From a bacterium (GTDB taxonomy: Bacteria > Patescibacteriota > Minisyncoccia > Phycocordibacterales > CALRBL01), in contig JAIYEG010000011.1 in NCBI GenBank assembly GCA_027487075.1, positions 1 to 61,763 on the forward strand: a DNA stretch of 61,763 bases, given 5' to 3'. Positions 26,037-35,800 of this stretch are shown here, piece by piece. The notes under the pieces were generated by a model. That model did no database searches and was not told where the DNA came from. It worked only from the letters and a program-made list of their open reading frames with translations. Both the position numbers and the translations under genes were made by a program. Each line of letters begins with the position of its first letter. The first letter of the stretch is position 1.

Positions 26037-26550
26037 TGGCGCCCTTCGAAGGGCGCCATCCTCGGGCACTACTGTAAGGATACACATCCTCAGTCTCAAC
26101 TATTCCCGCCCTCACCGGATTTTTATGAATATATTCAATTAAATATTGATATTGCTCATCATTCTCAATAAGAACAGCCTTAAATCTATCTTGAAAAAGT
26201 GTACCCACACGATTGTATTTTTTATTAAAGTACTTTGCATAGCTCGTACACACTTTAACCATGAGTCTACTTATTGAAATATCAGCATTTTGCCTAAGAA
26301 GAATATGGTAATGATTCGGCATTAAGCAATAGCAAACAAGATCAATACTACCCAATGGAATTGGGATTCTAATGTAAATATTATTTTTAGATACTTTTTG
26401 TTTTTCAATTGATAGAGCTTCGAATATTTTCCTAAGAAAAAACGAATAATCTTGATGATCAAGAAAAATATTCATTCTAGCTGTTCCCCGATTATAAACA
26501 TGGTAAGAACAACCAGCAGAAAAGTTTTTATAATCTCGATTATTTCTCAC
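26014..26550 (-). mobile_element. REP-associated tyrosine transposase (RAYT, IS200/IS605 Y1 family TnpA-like)
   Basis: 178 aa with HUH motif (LMPNHYHILL) and catalytic-Tyr region (YIHKNPVRAG). It is AT-rich compared with its neighbours and flanked by identical 26-bp palindromes. Confidence 0.8.
26035..26060. repeat. REP-like perfect palindrome, left copy
   Basis: GATGGCGCCCTTCGAAGGGCGCCATC is its own reverse complement and overlaps the rnr stop codon by 2 nt. Confidence 0.9.
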
Positions 26551-26590
26551 ACACCCACTATAACGAAGAGACTTAAAGATTTTTTAAAAT

Positions 26591-26616
26591 GATGGCGCCC
26601 TTCGAAGGGCGCCATC
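26591..26616. repeat. REP-like perfect palindrome, right copy
   Basis: The identical 26-mer GATGGCGCCCTTCGAAGGGCGCCATC, overlapping the smc stop codon by 2 nt. Confidence 0.9.
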
Positions 26617-28858
26617 ATTTCGCCACACTCACCGCTTCATCGAACTGAATAGACAAAAGCTTTGAGAATCCTTCGCTTCCCATCGTCACTCCGTAGATAA
26701 TACCAGCACGAGACATAGTCTCACGGTTGTGCGTGATAAGAATAAGTCCTGAGTGAGCAGACAATCGCACGATCATATCGCCATACTTCTTTGAGTTTGC
26801 TTCGTCGAGCGCAGCATCGGTTTCATCGAGGATGATGAATGGTGGTGGGTTAACCTGAGAAATTGCAAAGAGGAGCGCGATAGAGGTAAGTGCTCGTTCT
26901 CCTCCAGAAAGCATCACCAGCCCCTTTGTTTTTTTGTGAGGAAGTCCCACATCAATCTCAATTCCCTCTTTCACATCTTCAGGCTCAACAGACTCTTCAG
27001 CTTCCTCTTCGTCTACTGATCGTCGCTTTTCTTCTTTCACTAATTTTAACAATGCATGACCTCCACCGAACATGAGGGTGAAGAACGTGTTGAATTCTTT
27101 ATTAATCTTTTCAAGGCCTTCTTTAAATTCGGAATCAATACGAGCTTCAAGATCAGTAATAAGTGTTTTCAATGATTCAGAAGAAAGACCAAGATCTGCA
27201 AGTTCCTTTTCAAGGAACTGATCACGACTTGTTACCTCTTCGTATTCCTTCATGATTTCAGCACCATTTCCGCCACCAATTTCTTCAAGACGAATTTTCT
27301 TTCGTTCCACTTCTTTGCGACGCTCGAGCTGCACTGAACGATCCTCTCTTTCAACCACCCCTTCTTGCTGTTCTCGGAATCGCAATACTTCATGACCAAT
27401 AAGCTGTCCTGCTTCATGTAGATCCCGCTTGAATTCTTCATCAAGCATTCTTACCCGCTCTTCTTCAAGACGAAGTGAGTGCAAACGATTTTCAATATCC
27501 TGCTCCTTGGACATAAGCTCAAGCATTTTCTTTTCAGCTTCGAAGGTATCATCTTTTTGACGATCCATATCTGCCTTAATCTGAGCTTCTTTTTGGCGAA
27601 GCTGCTGCTCTTCGCTCGAAAGATGTGCGATAGAAACCTCGATAGCTTCTTTCTCTTTTGTCTTTTCCTGCTGCTCCTGCGAAAGCGCAGCGATACGGCT
27701 TTCATATTCTTCTGATGACGAAGCTCGTGTTTCGATAAATGAGCCGATAGACTCGCGGATCTTCTGAACGAGAGAACGGATCACACCAACATCTTCTGTC
27801 TTTTCAGATTCTTCAACATACTGATCAATTGATCGCTTGAGGTGATGCACTTCTGAAAGTAGGATAGTCTTCTGATCATTCTGTCGAGACTTCGTTTCTT
27901 CTTCACGAATCGCACGTGCAAGATACGCTATCTCAGCTTCAAGCTTTCCAGAATCACGAACCAATGCTTCTTTTTGAGAACGTACCTCAGAGACCTTCAT
28001 CTGAAGATCCATAATTTCATCGCTTTCTTTCTTATGCTCATCCTTCTTACTGAGTGCTTCACGTATCTGGCTTATCTCAAAAGCAATTGCTTTCTTGGTG
28101 TCTTCTGGAATCTTTCGTTCTTCATGCACACGCGCTTTTTCTTGAGCAATGTAGCGCTCTTCAATATGAAAATACAAGAGATAAAGCGATTGGAGTTCGG
28201 TGCGAAGCGCGATCGCCTTCTCATATTTTTCTACCTGCTTCTTGAGAAAACGAATATGCGGCGCGATCTCGCGGCGGAGACTTTCGACTGACGAAATATT
28301 CTCAGCTGTCTTCTCGAGCTTTCGTTCGCTTTCTTCTTTCTTTACTTGATATGTCTTAAGCCCGAGTGCTTCTTCAAGCATTCCTCGACGCTCCTTGATG
28401 CTTGCCGTGAGCAAGCGATCTGCCTCGCCTTGAGAAATGATGTGGTGTCCTGACGTGCCGATATGCGCAGAAAACAAAAGCTCAGAAATATCCTTGAGGC
28501 GCACCTGTGAGCCGTTGAGCAAATATTCGTTCACGCTGTCTCGATGTACCACGCGCTCGATAGTGATCTCATCAAAATCCATCGGAAATACTTTCGAACG
28601 ATTATCAAACGTCAACTTTACGGATGCACGATTGAGACGTGCAAGGGTTTTGCCACCGTTAAAAATAAGATCTTCCCCACGCTTTCCACGAAGTGATTTG
28701 ATTGATTGCTCTCCAAGCACAAAGCGAAATGCTTCTGCGACGTTGGATTTTCCCGAACCATTTGGACCAACAATTGCTGAGATTGGCGAATTAAATTCAA
28801 GAACGGTCTTTTTCGCAAACGATTTGAAGCCGGAAATTTCGAGGGATTTGAGCAACAT
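26615..28858 (-). CDS. smc: SMC-family chromosome condensation ATPase, short form without a recognisable hinge
   Basis: Start chosen at MLLKSLEISGFKSF. Walker A is GPNGSGKSN and the C-terminal head carries LSGGERALTSIALLFA and ILDETDAALD. At 747 aa, the middle looks like continuous charged coiled coil. Confidence 0.8.
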   Translation of the reverse strand: MLLKSLEISGFKSFAKKTVLEFNSPISAIVGPNGSGKSNVAEAFRFVLGEQSIKSLRGKRGEDLIFNGGKTLARLNRASVKLTFDNRSKVFPMDFDEITIERVVHRDSVNEYLLNGSQVRLKDISELLFSAHIGTSGHHIISQGEADRLLTASIKERRGMLEEALGLKTYQVKKEESERKLEKTAENISSVESLRREIAPHIRFLKKQVEKYEKAIALRTELQSLYLLYFHIEERYIAQEKARVHEERKIPEDTKKAIAFEISQIREALSKKDEHKKESDEIMDLQMKVSEVRSQKEALVRDSGKLEAEIAYLARAIREEETKSRQNDQKTILLSEVHHLKRSIDQYVEESEKTEDVGVIRSLVQKIRESIGSFIETRASSSEEYESRIAALSQEQQEKTKEKEAIEVSIAHLSSEEQQLRQKEAQIKADMDRQKDDTFEAEKKMLELMSKEQDIENRLHSLRLEEERVRMLDEEFKRDLHEAGQLIGHEVLRFREQQEGVVEREDRSVQLERRKEVERKKIRLEEIGGGNGAEIMKEYEEVTSRDQFLEKELADLGLSSESLKTLITDLEARIDSEFKEGLEKINKEFNTFFTLMFGGGHALLKLVKEEKRRSVDEEEAEESVEPEDVKEGIEIDVGLPHKKTKGLVMLSGGERALTSIALLFAISQVNPPPFIILDETDAALDEANSKKYGDMIVRLSAHSGLILITHNRETMSRAGIIYGVTMGSEGFSKLLSIQFDEAVSVAK

Positions 28859-28933
28859 AAATAATAAGTAGTATAGCAAAAAGTGGATTTGTGAGCTATT
28901 TTAAATCCACTTTTCACACAATGATAAAAACAA

Positions 28934-28966
28934 ACGCCGAGACTAAAAATAGTCTCGGCGTTTTGG
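28934..28966. terminator. Bidirectional intrinsic terminator
   Basis: Stem ACGCCGAGACT / AGTCTCGGCGT with a 6-nt loop, flanked by an A-run and a T-run. Confidence 0.7.
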
Positions 28967-28975
28967 AAATACTCA

Positions 28976-29434
28976 CTACCTCATCCCACAAAGCCTATTG
29001 ATTTCCGCTTTCAGAGGTCCCATGTTGGGAACATCTTTACTCACATAACCAACCAGAGGATCATCACTCACCCCCGAGAAACTCATGACTTCTTGCCTAG
29101 TGTGATGAGTGAGGAAAATCCACGGGATAACGAGAGCGTTACGATGGCATGAGCGAAATACCTTAAGACACCGGATCCCCGCCAGACCGCAGTTGTGATC
29201 TGACGTAGGAGGATCTGTCGGTACTTCACACGGATAAGACCACCGTATCGACACTTCCGAAATGATCAGATCTGGAACTACTATCGTTCCAGCTACCATC
29301 TCCTTCACGAGAAGTCCGAACTCACACTCCTCCTCTACTACGCGTATGGAAATCGATCTCCATTGATGAAGCCACTCAATATAACCTTGAGCGACCTGAT
29401 TATCTCCTTCTAGTAACAAAGCAAACATAAACAA
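28976..29434 (-). CDS. Hypothetical protein
   Basis: 152-aa ORF with an AAAGGA-like RBS and a terminator downstream. I recognise no motif. Confidence 0.45.
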   Translation of the reverse strand: MFMFALLLEGDNQVAQGYIEWLHQWRSISIRVVEEECEFGLLVKEMVAGTIVVPDLIISEVSIRWSYPCEVPTDPPTSDHNCGLAGIRCLKVFRSCHRNALVIPWIFLTHHTRQEVMSFSGVSDDPLVGYVSKDVPNMGPLKAEINRLCGMR

Positions 29435-29534
29435 TCCTTTCTATGTGTTAGGTTTACACACGTTTTACCACAAAATCCCGAATATGAGAAAAAAGGGGGG
29501 ATTGAGTGATTATGTTAGAAATATATTTCTAAAG

Positions 29535-30224
29535 CTACAACCAATTCTTCAGCTGCAACCCCTTCCGTGCAGCCTCCTGCTCCGCATCCTGCTTCGACTT
29601 CCCTGTTCCTTCCGAAATTAAATCTTCGCCGAGGAATACACCGACCGTAAAATGCTTGTCATGATCAGGACCAACTTCTTTCAACTTTTTATATGATGGC
29701 GTAATACCAAGTCGCTCCTGCGCTTTTTCTTGAAACTTACTCTTCGCATCAATCCACAACCCTTCACGTACGATTTCCTCTGTTCGAGAAAGTACAAAAC
29801 GCACAATAAACTCATCCGCTTTTTCAAAACCCTGATCGAGATAGATTGCACCGATGATCGCTTCGAACGTATTGGCAAGAATGTATTGTCGTGCTCGCCC
29901 CACGTCTTTTGCCTCACCCTTCGACAAGAGAAGATAATCATTCACCCGAAGATGGTGAGCAACATCTGCAAGAGTAACTGCGTTCACGAGTGCAGAACGA
30001 AGTGCTGTGAGATCTCCTTCTGGCTTATCAGGAAATTGTTTATACAAATAATCAGTCACCGAGAGCTCGAGCACCGCATCACCTAAAAATTCGAGCCGTT
30101 CATTGTGTTCGAGGCGAAGGGTGCGATTTTCATTAAGGTACGAACGATGTGTCAATGCCTGCTTCAGCAGTGTCTTGTCTTTGAATTGCACGCCGATTGT
30201 TTCTTCAAATAATTCGAGTGCCAT
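29535..30224 (-). CDS. rnc: Ribonuclease III
   Basis: 229 aa with the signature NERLEFLGDAVLEL and a C-terminal dsRBD. Confidence 0.93.
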   Translation of the reverse strand: MALELFEETIGVQFKDKTLLKQALTHRSYLNENRTLRLEHNERLEFLGDAVLELSVTDYLYKQFPDKPEGDLTALRSALVNAVTLADVAHHLRVNDYLLLSKGEAKDVGRARQYILANTFEAIIGAIYLDQGFEKADEFIVRFVLSRTEEIVREGLWIDAKSKFQEKAQERLGITPSYKKLKEVGPDHDKHFTVGVFLGEDLISEGTGKSKQDAEQEAARKGLQLKNWL

Positions 30225-30225
30225 G

Positions 30226-31152
30226 TTACTTACTTATGATCTGTATCGCCTTGGTGATAATGGGCAGGATGTCATTATAAAAATTGAGGTTCACGATTTC
30301 GTCGAGCTTAAACCACTCGGCCTTGTCGAGCCCTCCTGTTTCTTCGAGTACGAGCGGCTGATACGATGCTTCTGCAAGGAAGTACGTTACTTGTTTTCGC
30401 ACCTTTCCTCGTTCTGGATGAGTAGCGATATATTCATTGCGAGAAAGTTCATCGCGTACTTCTACATCAAGACCCACTTCTTCTTTGATCTTTCGTGCGG
30501 TCTCTACGCGTTCATCAATGTTCCCTTCAGCATCGAGTGTGGTAGCACCTTCAAACAACTTTCCTTTTGAGAGCGTCCAGTGTCCGAATACATCATGCAC
30601 CAGTGCGAGCATGATCTGTCCTTCATGCTTTGCATAAATGACCGCCCCGCCGAGCTTGTCGATTGGCATCTTTTCGTACGGAATAGTTTTGAATTTGTAT
30701 ACCTTCGACTGGGTCTGATCATCTTTTCCAGGTTCACCCATTTCTTTGTACACTGCACCGAGCACGCCATTAACGAACTTTCCCGAGGTCTCACCACCAA
30801 ATGACTTCGCAAGCTCAATCGCTTCATTGATCGCCACCTTTGCAGGTACTTCAGAACGATCTGCAAACAGAAGCTCATACAATCCGATACGTAGGATATT
30901 TCGATCAACGATACCAATCTTGGCAATCGGCCATTCCGGTGCCGCCTTCTCAATGATCTGATCAATATCTGCGCGCTTTGCTAATACATTGAGGGTGAGA
31001 GATTTCATAAAAGAAAAATCGCCCACACCAGGAGCGAATTCTTCTGTATTACGGAGGAGCACATCTTCAATCACGTCATTAGAAAGCCCTCGAAAATCCC
31101 ATTCGAAGAGGGTTTGCATGACTATTGAACGTGAAAGGTGCCTGTTTGCCAT
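30226..31152 (-). CDS. nusB: NusB antitermination factor fused to a C-terminal Nudix-like domain
   Basis: The N-terminal ~140 aa are NusB-like (RSIVMQTLFEWDF..., PAKVAINEAIELAKSFG). The C-terminal ~160 aa carry a degenerate Nudix box (GKLFEG...ARKIKEEVGL). Confidence 0.75.
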   Translation of the reverse strand: MANRHLSRSIVMQTLFEWDFRGLSNDVIEDVLLRNTEEFAPGVGDFSFMKSLTLNVLAKRADIDQIIEKAAPEWPIAKIGIVDRNILRIGLYELLFADRSEVPAKVAINEAIELAKSFGGETSGKFVNGVLGAVYKEMGEPGKDDQTQSKVYKFKTIPYEKMPIDKLGGAVIYAKHEGQIMLALVHDVFGHWTLSKGKLFEGATTLDAEGNIDERVETARKIKEEVGLDVEVRDELSRNEYIATHPERGKVRKQVTYFLAEASYQPLVLEETGGLDKAEWFKLDEIVNLNFYNDILPIITKAIQIISK

Positions 31153-31173
31153 ATGAGGCTTGGTAACTAGCGG

Positions 31174-31392
31174 TTACTTATTCTTATTCTCTTTCTTTGC
31201 GTGCTTTTTGTCAATTTTTTTCTGAAGATCTACCACGGTCTTGCCTTTGTACTTTCCGCAGGTAGCGCACATAACGTGCTTTCCCTTCGGCTGGCCGCAA
31301 TCCTTGCACAAGGTCACTGAAGGTGACTTGAGGGCGTGGTGGCTTCGTCGTGATCCCGTCTGAGAACGGGTATGTCGCATATGTGTAACCAT
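31174..31392 (-). CDS. rpmF: 50S ribosomal protein L32
   Basis: 72 aa, RHTRSQTGSRRSHHAL, a CxxC...CxxC zinc knuckle, and a basic tail. Confidence 0.88.
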   Translation of the reverse strand: MVTHMRHTRSQTGSRRSHHALKSPSVTLCKDCGQPKGKHVMCATCGKYKGKTVVDLQKKIDKKHAKKENKNK

Positions 31393-31399
31393 GCGTGTG

Positions 31400-31428
31400 A
31401 ATATAGCGTAAAGGAGGCTTTTTGTAAA
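31400..31428 (-). promoter_or_regulatory. Promoter TTTACA-N17-TATATT, 7 nt before the rpmF ATG (leaderless configuration)
   Basis: On the plus strand: AATATA at 31400-31405 and TGTAAA at 31423-31428. Confidence 0.55.
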
Positions 31429-31445
31429 GAAGAACGTTCACATGT

Positions 31446-31485
31446 ATATAAAAATACAGCCGGACAACACGAGGTTGCCCGGCTG
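31446..31485 (-). terminator. Intrinsic terminator after the Trp-rich secreted protein gene
   Basis: Stem CAGCCGG.CAAC / GTTG.CCGGCTG, followed on the minus strand by TATTTTTAT. Confidence 0.7.
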
Positions 31486-31520
31486 CGGATCGATAGCAAG
31501 TCGACCACGAAGACGAAGAA

Positions 31521-31880
31521 TTACCAGCACCAGCCACCGCCCCAGCCACCTCCCCAGCTCCGCCGGATGATGATGCGCGGTTGCGGCTGCCACCACTGGC
31601 AGGACCCGAACTGGTCCATAATGAATGGGTTGCCACACTCATCATAGTAGAGAATCGGCGCTCCCCACGAGGAGGGTTGGCATTGGTTGAGCCACACGCG
31701 CCGACCGAAACGATCGGCACAGAACCCTTGATTGAGCCAGCCCCGGGGTTGTCCCCAGGCTTGACCCGACCGACTGTTCCATCCTCCCCGCCAACGCTGG
31801 GGGTAGCACAGGTCGTTCGCTTGAAGCTCTCCGATACTCACGGAGAGAAAGGCCATAAAGGCCAACAGGAGTGTTTTCAT
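31521..31880 (-). CDS. GC-rich small secreted Trp/Gly/Arg-rich, 6-Cys protein
   Basis: Start chosen at MKTLLLAFMAFLSVSIGELQA|ND (signal peptide). The mature ~98 aa have 6 Cys, many W and R, and end in SWGGGWGGGWCW. Confidence 0.65.
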   Translation of the reverse strand: MKTLLLAFMAFLSVSIGELQANDLCYPQRWRGGWNSRSGQAWGQPRGWLNQGFCADRFGRRVWLNQCQPSSWGAPILYYDECGNPFIMDQFGSCQWWQPQPRIIIRRSWGGGWGGGWCW

Positions 31881-31957
31881 GGTATTCAAACATTGTCCCC
31901 GCCCATCGATTGATGAACAACAAAGAGACAATTCGCTAATAAAATACTACATATTAA

Positions 31958-32542
31958 TTACTTTGGCAAGTTGCGACAAAAACTACTGCGGTGGGCTTTG
32001 GTAAGCCCCTTTTGGACAATTATTTCTCTATGTTTTTTGGTCCCATACCCTTTATGTAACTCAAATCCATAATCAGCATAGGTCTGTGCAAGCTTTGTCA
32101 TATATGTGTCGCGTGTGACCTTTGCCACAATCGATGCACAGGCAATAAGTGTTTCTTTCTCATCCCCTTTTATAATTGTTTTTTGTAGGGTGAATCGAGC
32201 AGGGGCTTTGAGTGCGCCATCAAGGAGAATTTTTGTATTATCGGACACCTTATTTAAACACTCGCCCATCGCTTTTTGAATTGCCCCTACAATACCTTTG
32301 GTATCAATTACTTTTACTGAAGCATGTGCTACTTCATACCACACATTTCCCTTCTTCTGCTCTTCAACAAAAATCGCAAACCACATTCCCCTTTCCTTTT
32401 CCGACATTTTCTTAGAGTCTCTTCCCTTCGGAAAGTTTTTTAGTCGAAATCCAGGCTTCATACCAAACGCCGCTACCGTTACCGGCCCAGCGAGTGGTCC
32501 TCTTCCCGCTTCATCAATACCAATAACATCACACATATCCAT
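31958..32542 (-). CDS. rnhB: Ribonuclease HII
   Basis: 194 aa with GIDEAGRGPLAGPV and ASIVAKVTRD motifs. Confidence 0.92.
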   Translation of the reverse strand: MDMCDVIGIDEAGRGPLAGPVTVAAFGMKPGFRLKNFPKGRDSKKMSEKERGMWFAIFVEEQKKGNVWYEVAHASVKVIDTKGIVGAIQKAMGECLNKVSDNTKILLDGALKAPARFTLQKTIIKGDEKETLIACASIVAKVTRDTYMTKLAQTYADYGFELHKGYGTKKHREIIVQKGLTKAHRSSFCRNLPK

Positions 32543-32571
32543 TCGAACATGTTAACACGCACTTTTGCAGT

Positions 32572-32606
32572 TTTTTCTAAGGTCACAATTTGTGACCTTA
32601 GAAAAA
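32572..32606. promoter_or_regulatory. 35-nt perfect palindrome in the divergent rnhB/dnaE intergenic region (candidate operator or RNA hairpin)
   Basis: TTTTTCTAAGGTCACAA-T-TTGTGACCTTAGAAAAA has 17-nt arms around a single central T. Confidence 0.5.
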
Positions 32607-32829
32607 CATAAAATCCGGATGATGAGTAGAGCGAAGATTGCTCATCCGCTATGCATCTTGCTCCTTTTCGCACGAAGAACAAACTCCACCTTTCGTCCTC
32701 CACTCTTTTTTGTTTTTGCGCGAAACTTAGCAATGACCTTCATACGTTTTCTCATATTCGCCTAAACCCTATAATACAAACCATACATCGTCAATGAGCG
32801 GGATTTTAGATTTCCTTTAGAATAGAGGT

Positions 32830-35800
32830 ATGGCGTTTACCCATCTTCACACTCACTCACACTATTCCCTCCTCCAGGCACTTCCGAAGATTCCTGATCT
32901 CATCGCAAAAGCAAAAGCGTGTGGGATGACCTCGATCGCGCTCACGGACAGTGGCAACATGTATGGCGCTGTCGAGTTTTATCAAGAATGTCAGAAGAAA
33001 GAAATCAAGGCGATTCTTGGCGTTGATTTTTATGTTGCCGCTCGCACCCGCCATGATCGAGAGTCCCGCATCGACAACAAGCGCACGCGCTTGGTACTTC
33101 TTGCGAAGAATCATGATGGCTACAAGCAGCTCATCAAGCTCGTCACCCGCTCACATAAAGAAGGCTTCTACTACAAACCCCGCATCGACGACGAGCTTCT
33201 CGAGCAACTCCACGAACACCTTGTGTGTATCATGCCTTCTTTTTCAGGCAGCATTGCACTTGCACTCAAAACGGGAAATGAAGAACTCGCGGTTGCAGAA
33301 CTCAAAAAATTCAAACATTGGTTCGGCGATGATTTCTATCTCGAGCTCACCCACCATCCAGAAATTGATGGTCATGAAGAAAATATGCAAAAGCTTGTAG
33401 CCTTTGCGCGTGCCACCAACACCAAACTTGTTGCCGCACACGATGTGTATTATCTCGAAGAAGACGACAAGGCTGCACGCGAAACACTCGTATCTATCCA
33501 GAACGATTTCTCTGAACGCAAAATGGGTGGCGATAAAAGCGATTGGTCATTCATCACTCCCGAAAAAGCGGCAGAGACGTTCAAAGACACACCTGATGCA
33601 CTCGCCAACATCGATGAAATCGTCGAGAAATGCAATCTTGATCTCCCACTTGGTAAGTGGCTCTTTCCTCATGTTGATGTCGAGGAAGGAAAAACACACG
33701 ACGACGTGCTCCGTGACATCGTGTTTCGCGGCATCAAGACCCGCAAACTTGAAGCAACCCCCGAACTCTTGAAACGTGTGGAATATGAACTTGATGTCAT
33801 CAAAACAAAAGGATATGCACCATATTTCCTTGTAGTAAGTGACCTACTTCGTGAAGCACACGAACGCAAAATCCTCACCACTATCAGAGGTAGCGTGGCA
33901 GGTTCGATGGTGACCTATCTCGCACATATTACGAATGTAAACCCCATGGAATACCTTTTGCCTTTCGAACGATTTTTGAACCCTGATCGTCCCTCCGCTC
34001 CCGACGTCGACATGGACTACGCCGATAACCGCCGCGACGAAATCATTTCGTACGCACGCGACAAATATGGCCACGACAAAGTGGCACAGATCGGAACCTT
34101 TGGAACCCTGATGGCACGTGGAGCGGTGCGCGATGTGGCGCGCGCCATGGGATATGAATACGGTATTGGTGATCGTATTGCCAAACTCATTCCCATGGGT
34201 GCCCAAGGTGCGCCAATGACCATCGACAAGGCACTCGAACTCACACCCGAGCTCAAGAAAATGTATGACGAAGAAGACGATGTAAAAGAAATTATCGAAA
34301 TGGCAAAAAAGATGGAAGGTTGCGCACGACACATCTCGGTGCATGCCGCCGGTGTGGTGATCTCGCCTATTCCCCTCGATGAAATCGTGCCGACACAGTA
34401 CGACCCCAAAGGTGAAGGCAAAATCATCACGCAATACGACATGCACTCAGTGGATGAAAATAGTGCAGGACTTCTCAAATTCGACTTCCTTGGTATTCGT
34501 AACCTCTCTATTCTTGCTGATGCGGTACATCTCGTAAAAGAACAACGTGGCATCGATATCGATATCGAAAACGTTCCCGTCGACGACAAGAAGACGTTCG
34601 AAATGCTTGCGCGCGGAGAAACCATGGGACTCTTTCAATTGAACGGTGACGGTATGACCAAAGCGCTTGTCGAACTCAAACCAACCAGCATTCACGACCT
34701 CAACGTGATGGTGGCACTGTATCGCCCAGGACCGATGGATACGATCCAAGAATACATCGCCCGCAAGCACGGCCGCAGCAAGACCACCTACTATCATCCA
34801 AAGATGAAAAAGTTTCTCGAACTCACCTTCGGACTTCTCGTGTATCAAGATGACTTGTTGTACACCGCTATCGAACTCGCAGGATATGACTGGGGATCAG
34901 TAGACAAATTCCGTAAAGCGGTGGGAAAAAAGATCCCCGCAGAAATGGCAAAACAGCACGAGATCTTCGTAAAAGGATGCGAGACGCATAGCGGCATCAG
35001 CAAGAAGGATGCGGAAAAAATTTGGAAATTGTTTGAGCCATTCCAAGGATACGGTTTTAACAAAGCACACGCCGCAAGTTACGGAAAAGTAGCGTACCAA
35101 ACAGCATACATGAAAGCCAACTTCCCTGCGCTCTATATGGCGGCCGCTCTCACCGCCGAATCAGGCGACACCGAAACCGTAGGGCTCTACATCGCTGAAT
35201 GTCGTCGCATGGGAATTCCGGTACTCGCCCCTGATATCAATGAAAGTTTCAAAGCGTTTACGGTGGTGAGCCAGCCGAAAGCTGGGCCTGATGGCGCACT
35301 TGGCGCACGCGAAGATGTGATCCGCTTCGGGCTCGTCACCATCAAGAACTTCGGCGAAGGTATCGCTGACTCAATTATTAAAGAACGCCAAGCGAATGGG
35401 AAGTTTATATCGCTCGAAGATTTCCTCGCGCGTATCAAAGATCGCAATCTCAACAAAAAATCACTCGAATCACTCATCAAAGCGGGAGCGATGGATGCAT
35501 TCGGAGATCGCGGCAATCTCCTTCACAATCTTGACACCCTTCTTCACTACAACAAAGAAACCGCCGCCCTCCCTGCCCACGAAGACACACTTTTTGGATC
35601 ACTTTCGAAAGAAGAATTTTCTGCAAAGCTCGTTCTCGAGTCTGGATATGAAGCAACTACAGACGAAAAGCTTGGCTGGGAAAAAGAACTTCTTGGTTTG
35701 TATCTTTCAGGACATCCGCTCGACAAGTACAAAGAAAAGTTTGAGCAAAGCGAGATGAATATTGCAAAGCTCAAAGAATGGGCAAAACCCCTCTTCCTCG

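Noticed and set aside
31211-31923. Several overlapping ORFs (31211-31720, 31581-31913, 31642-31923, 31372-31647) around rpmF and the Trp-rich gene.
   Set aside because: They cross the intergenic terminator or run antisense. Only rpmF and the signal-peptide-bearing frame 31521-31880 have coherent start, terminator and composition signals.
32479-32765. ORFs 32479-32733 (-) and 32565-32765 (+) in the rnhB/dnaE spacer.
   Set aside because: Both read straight through the 35-nt palindrome and other hairpins, lack an RBS, and overlap rnhB. I treat the region as non-coding.
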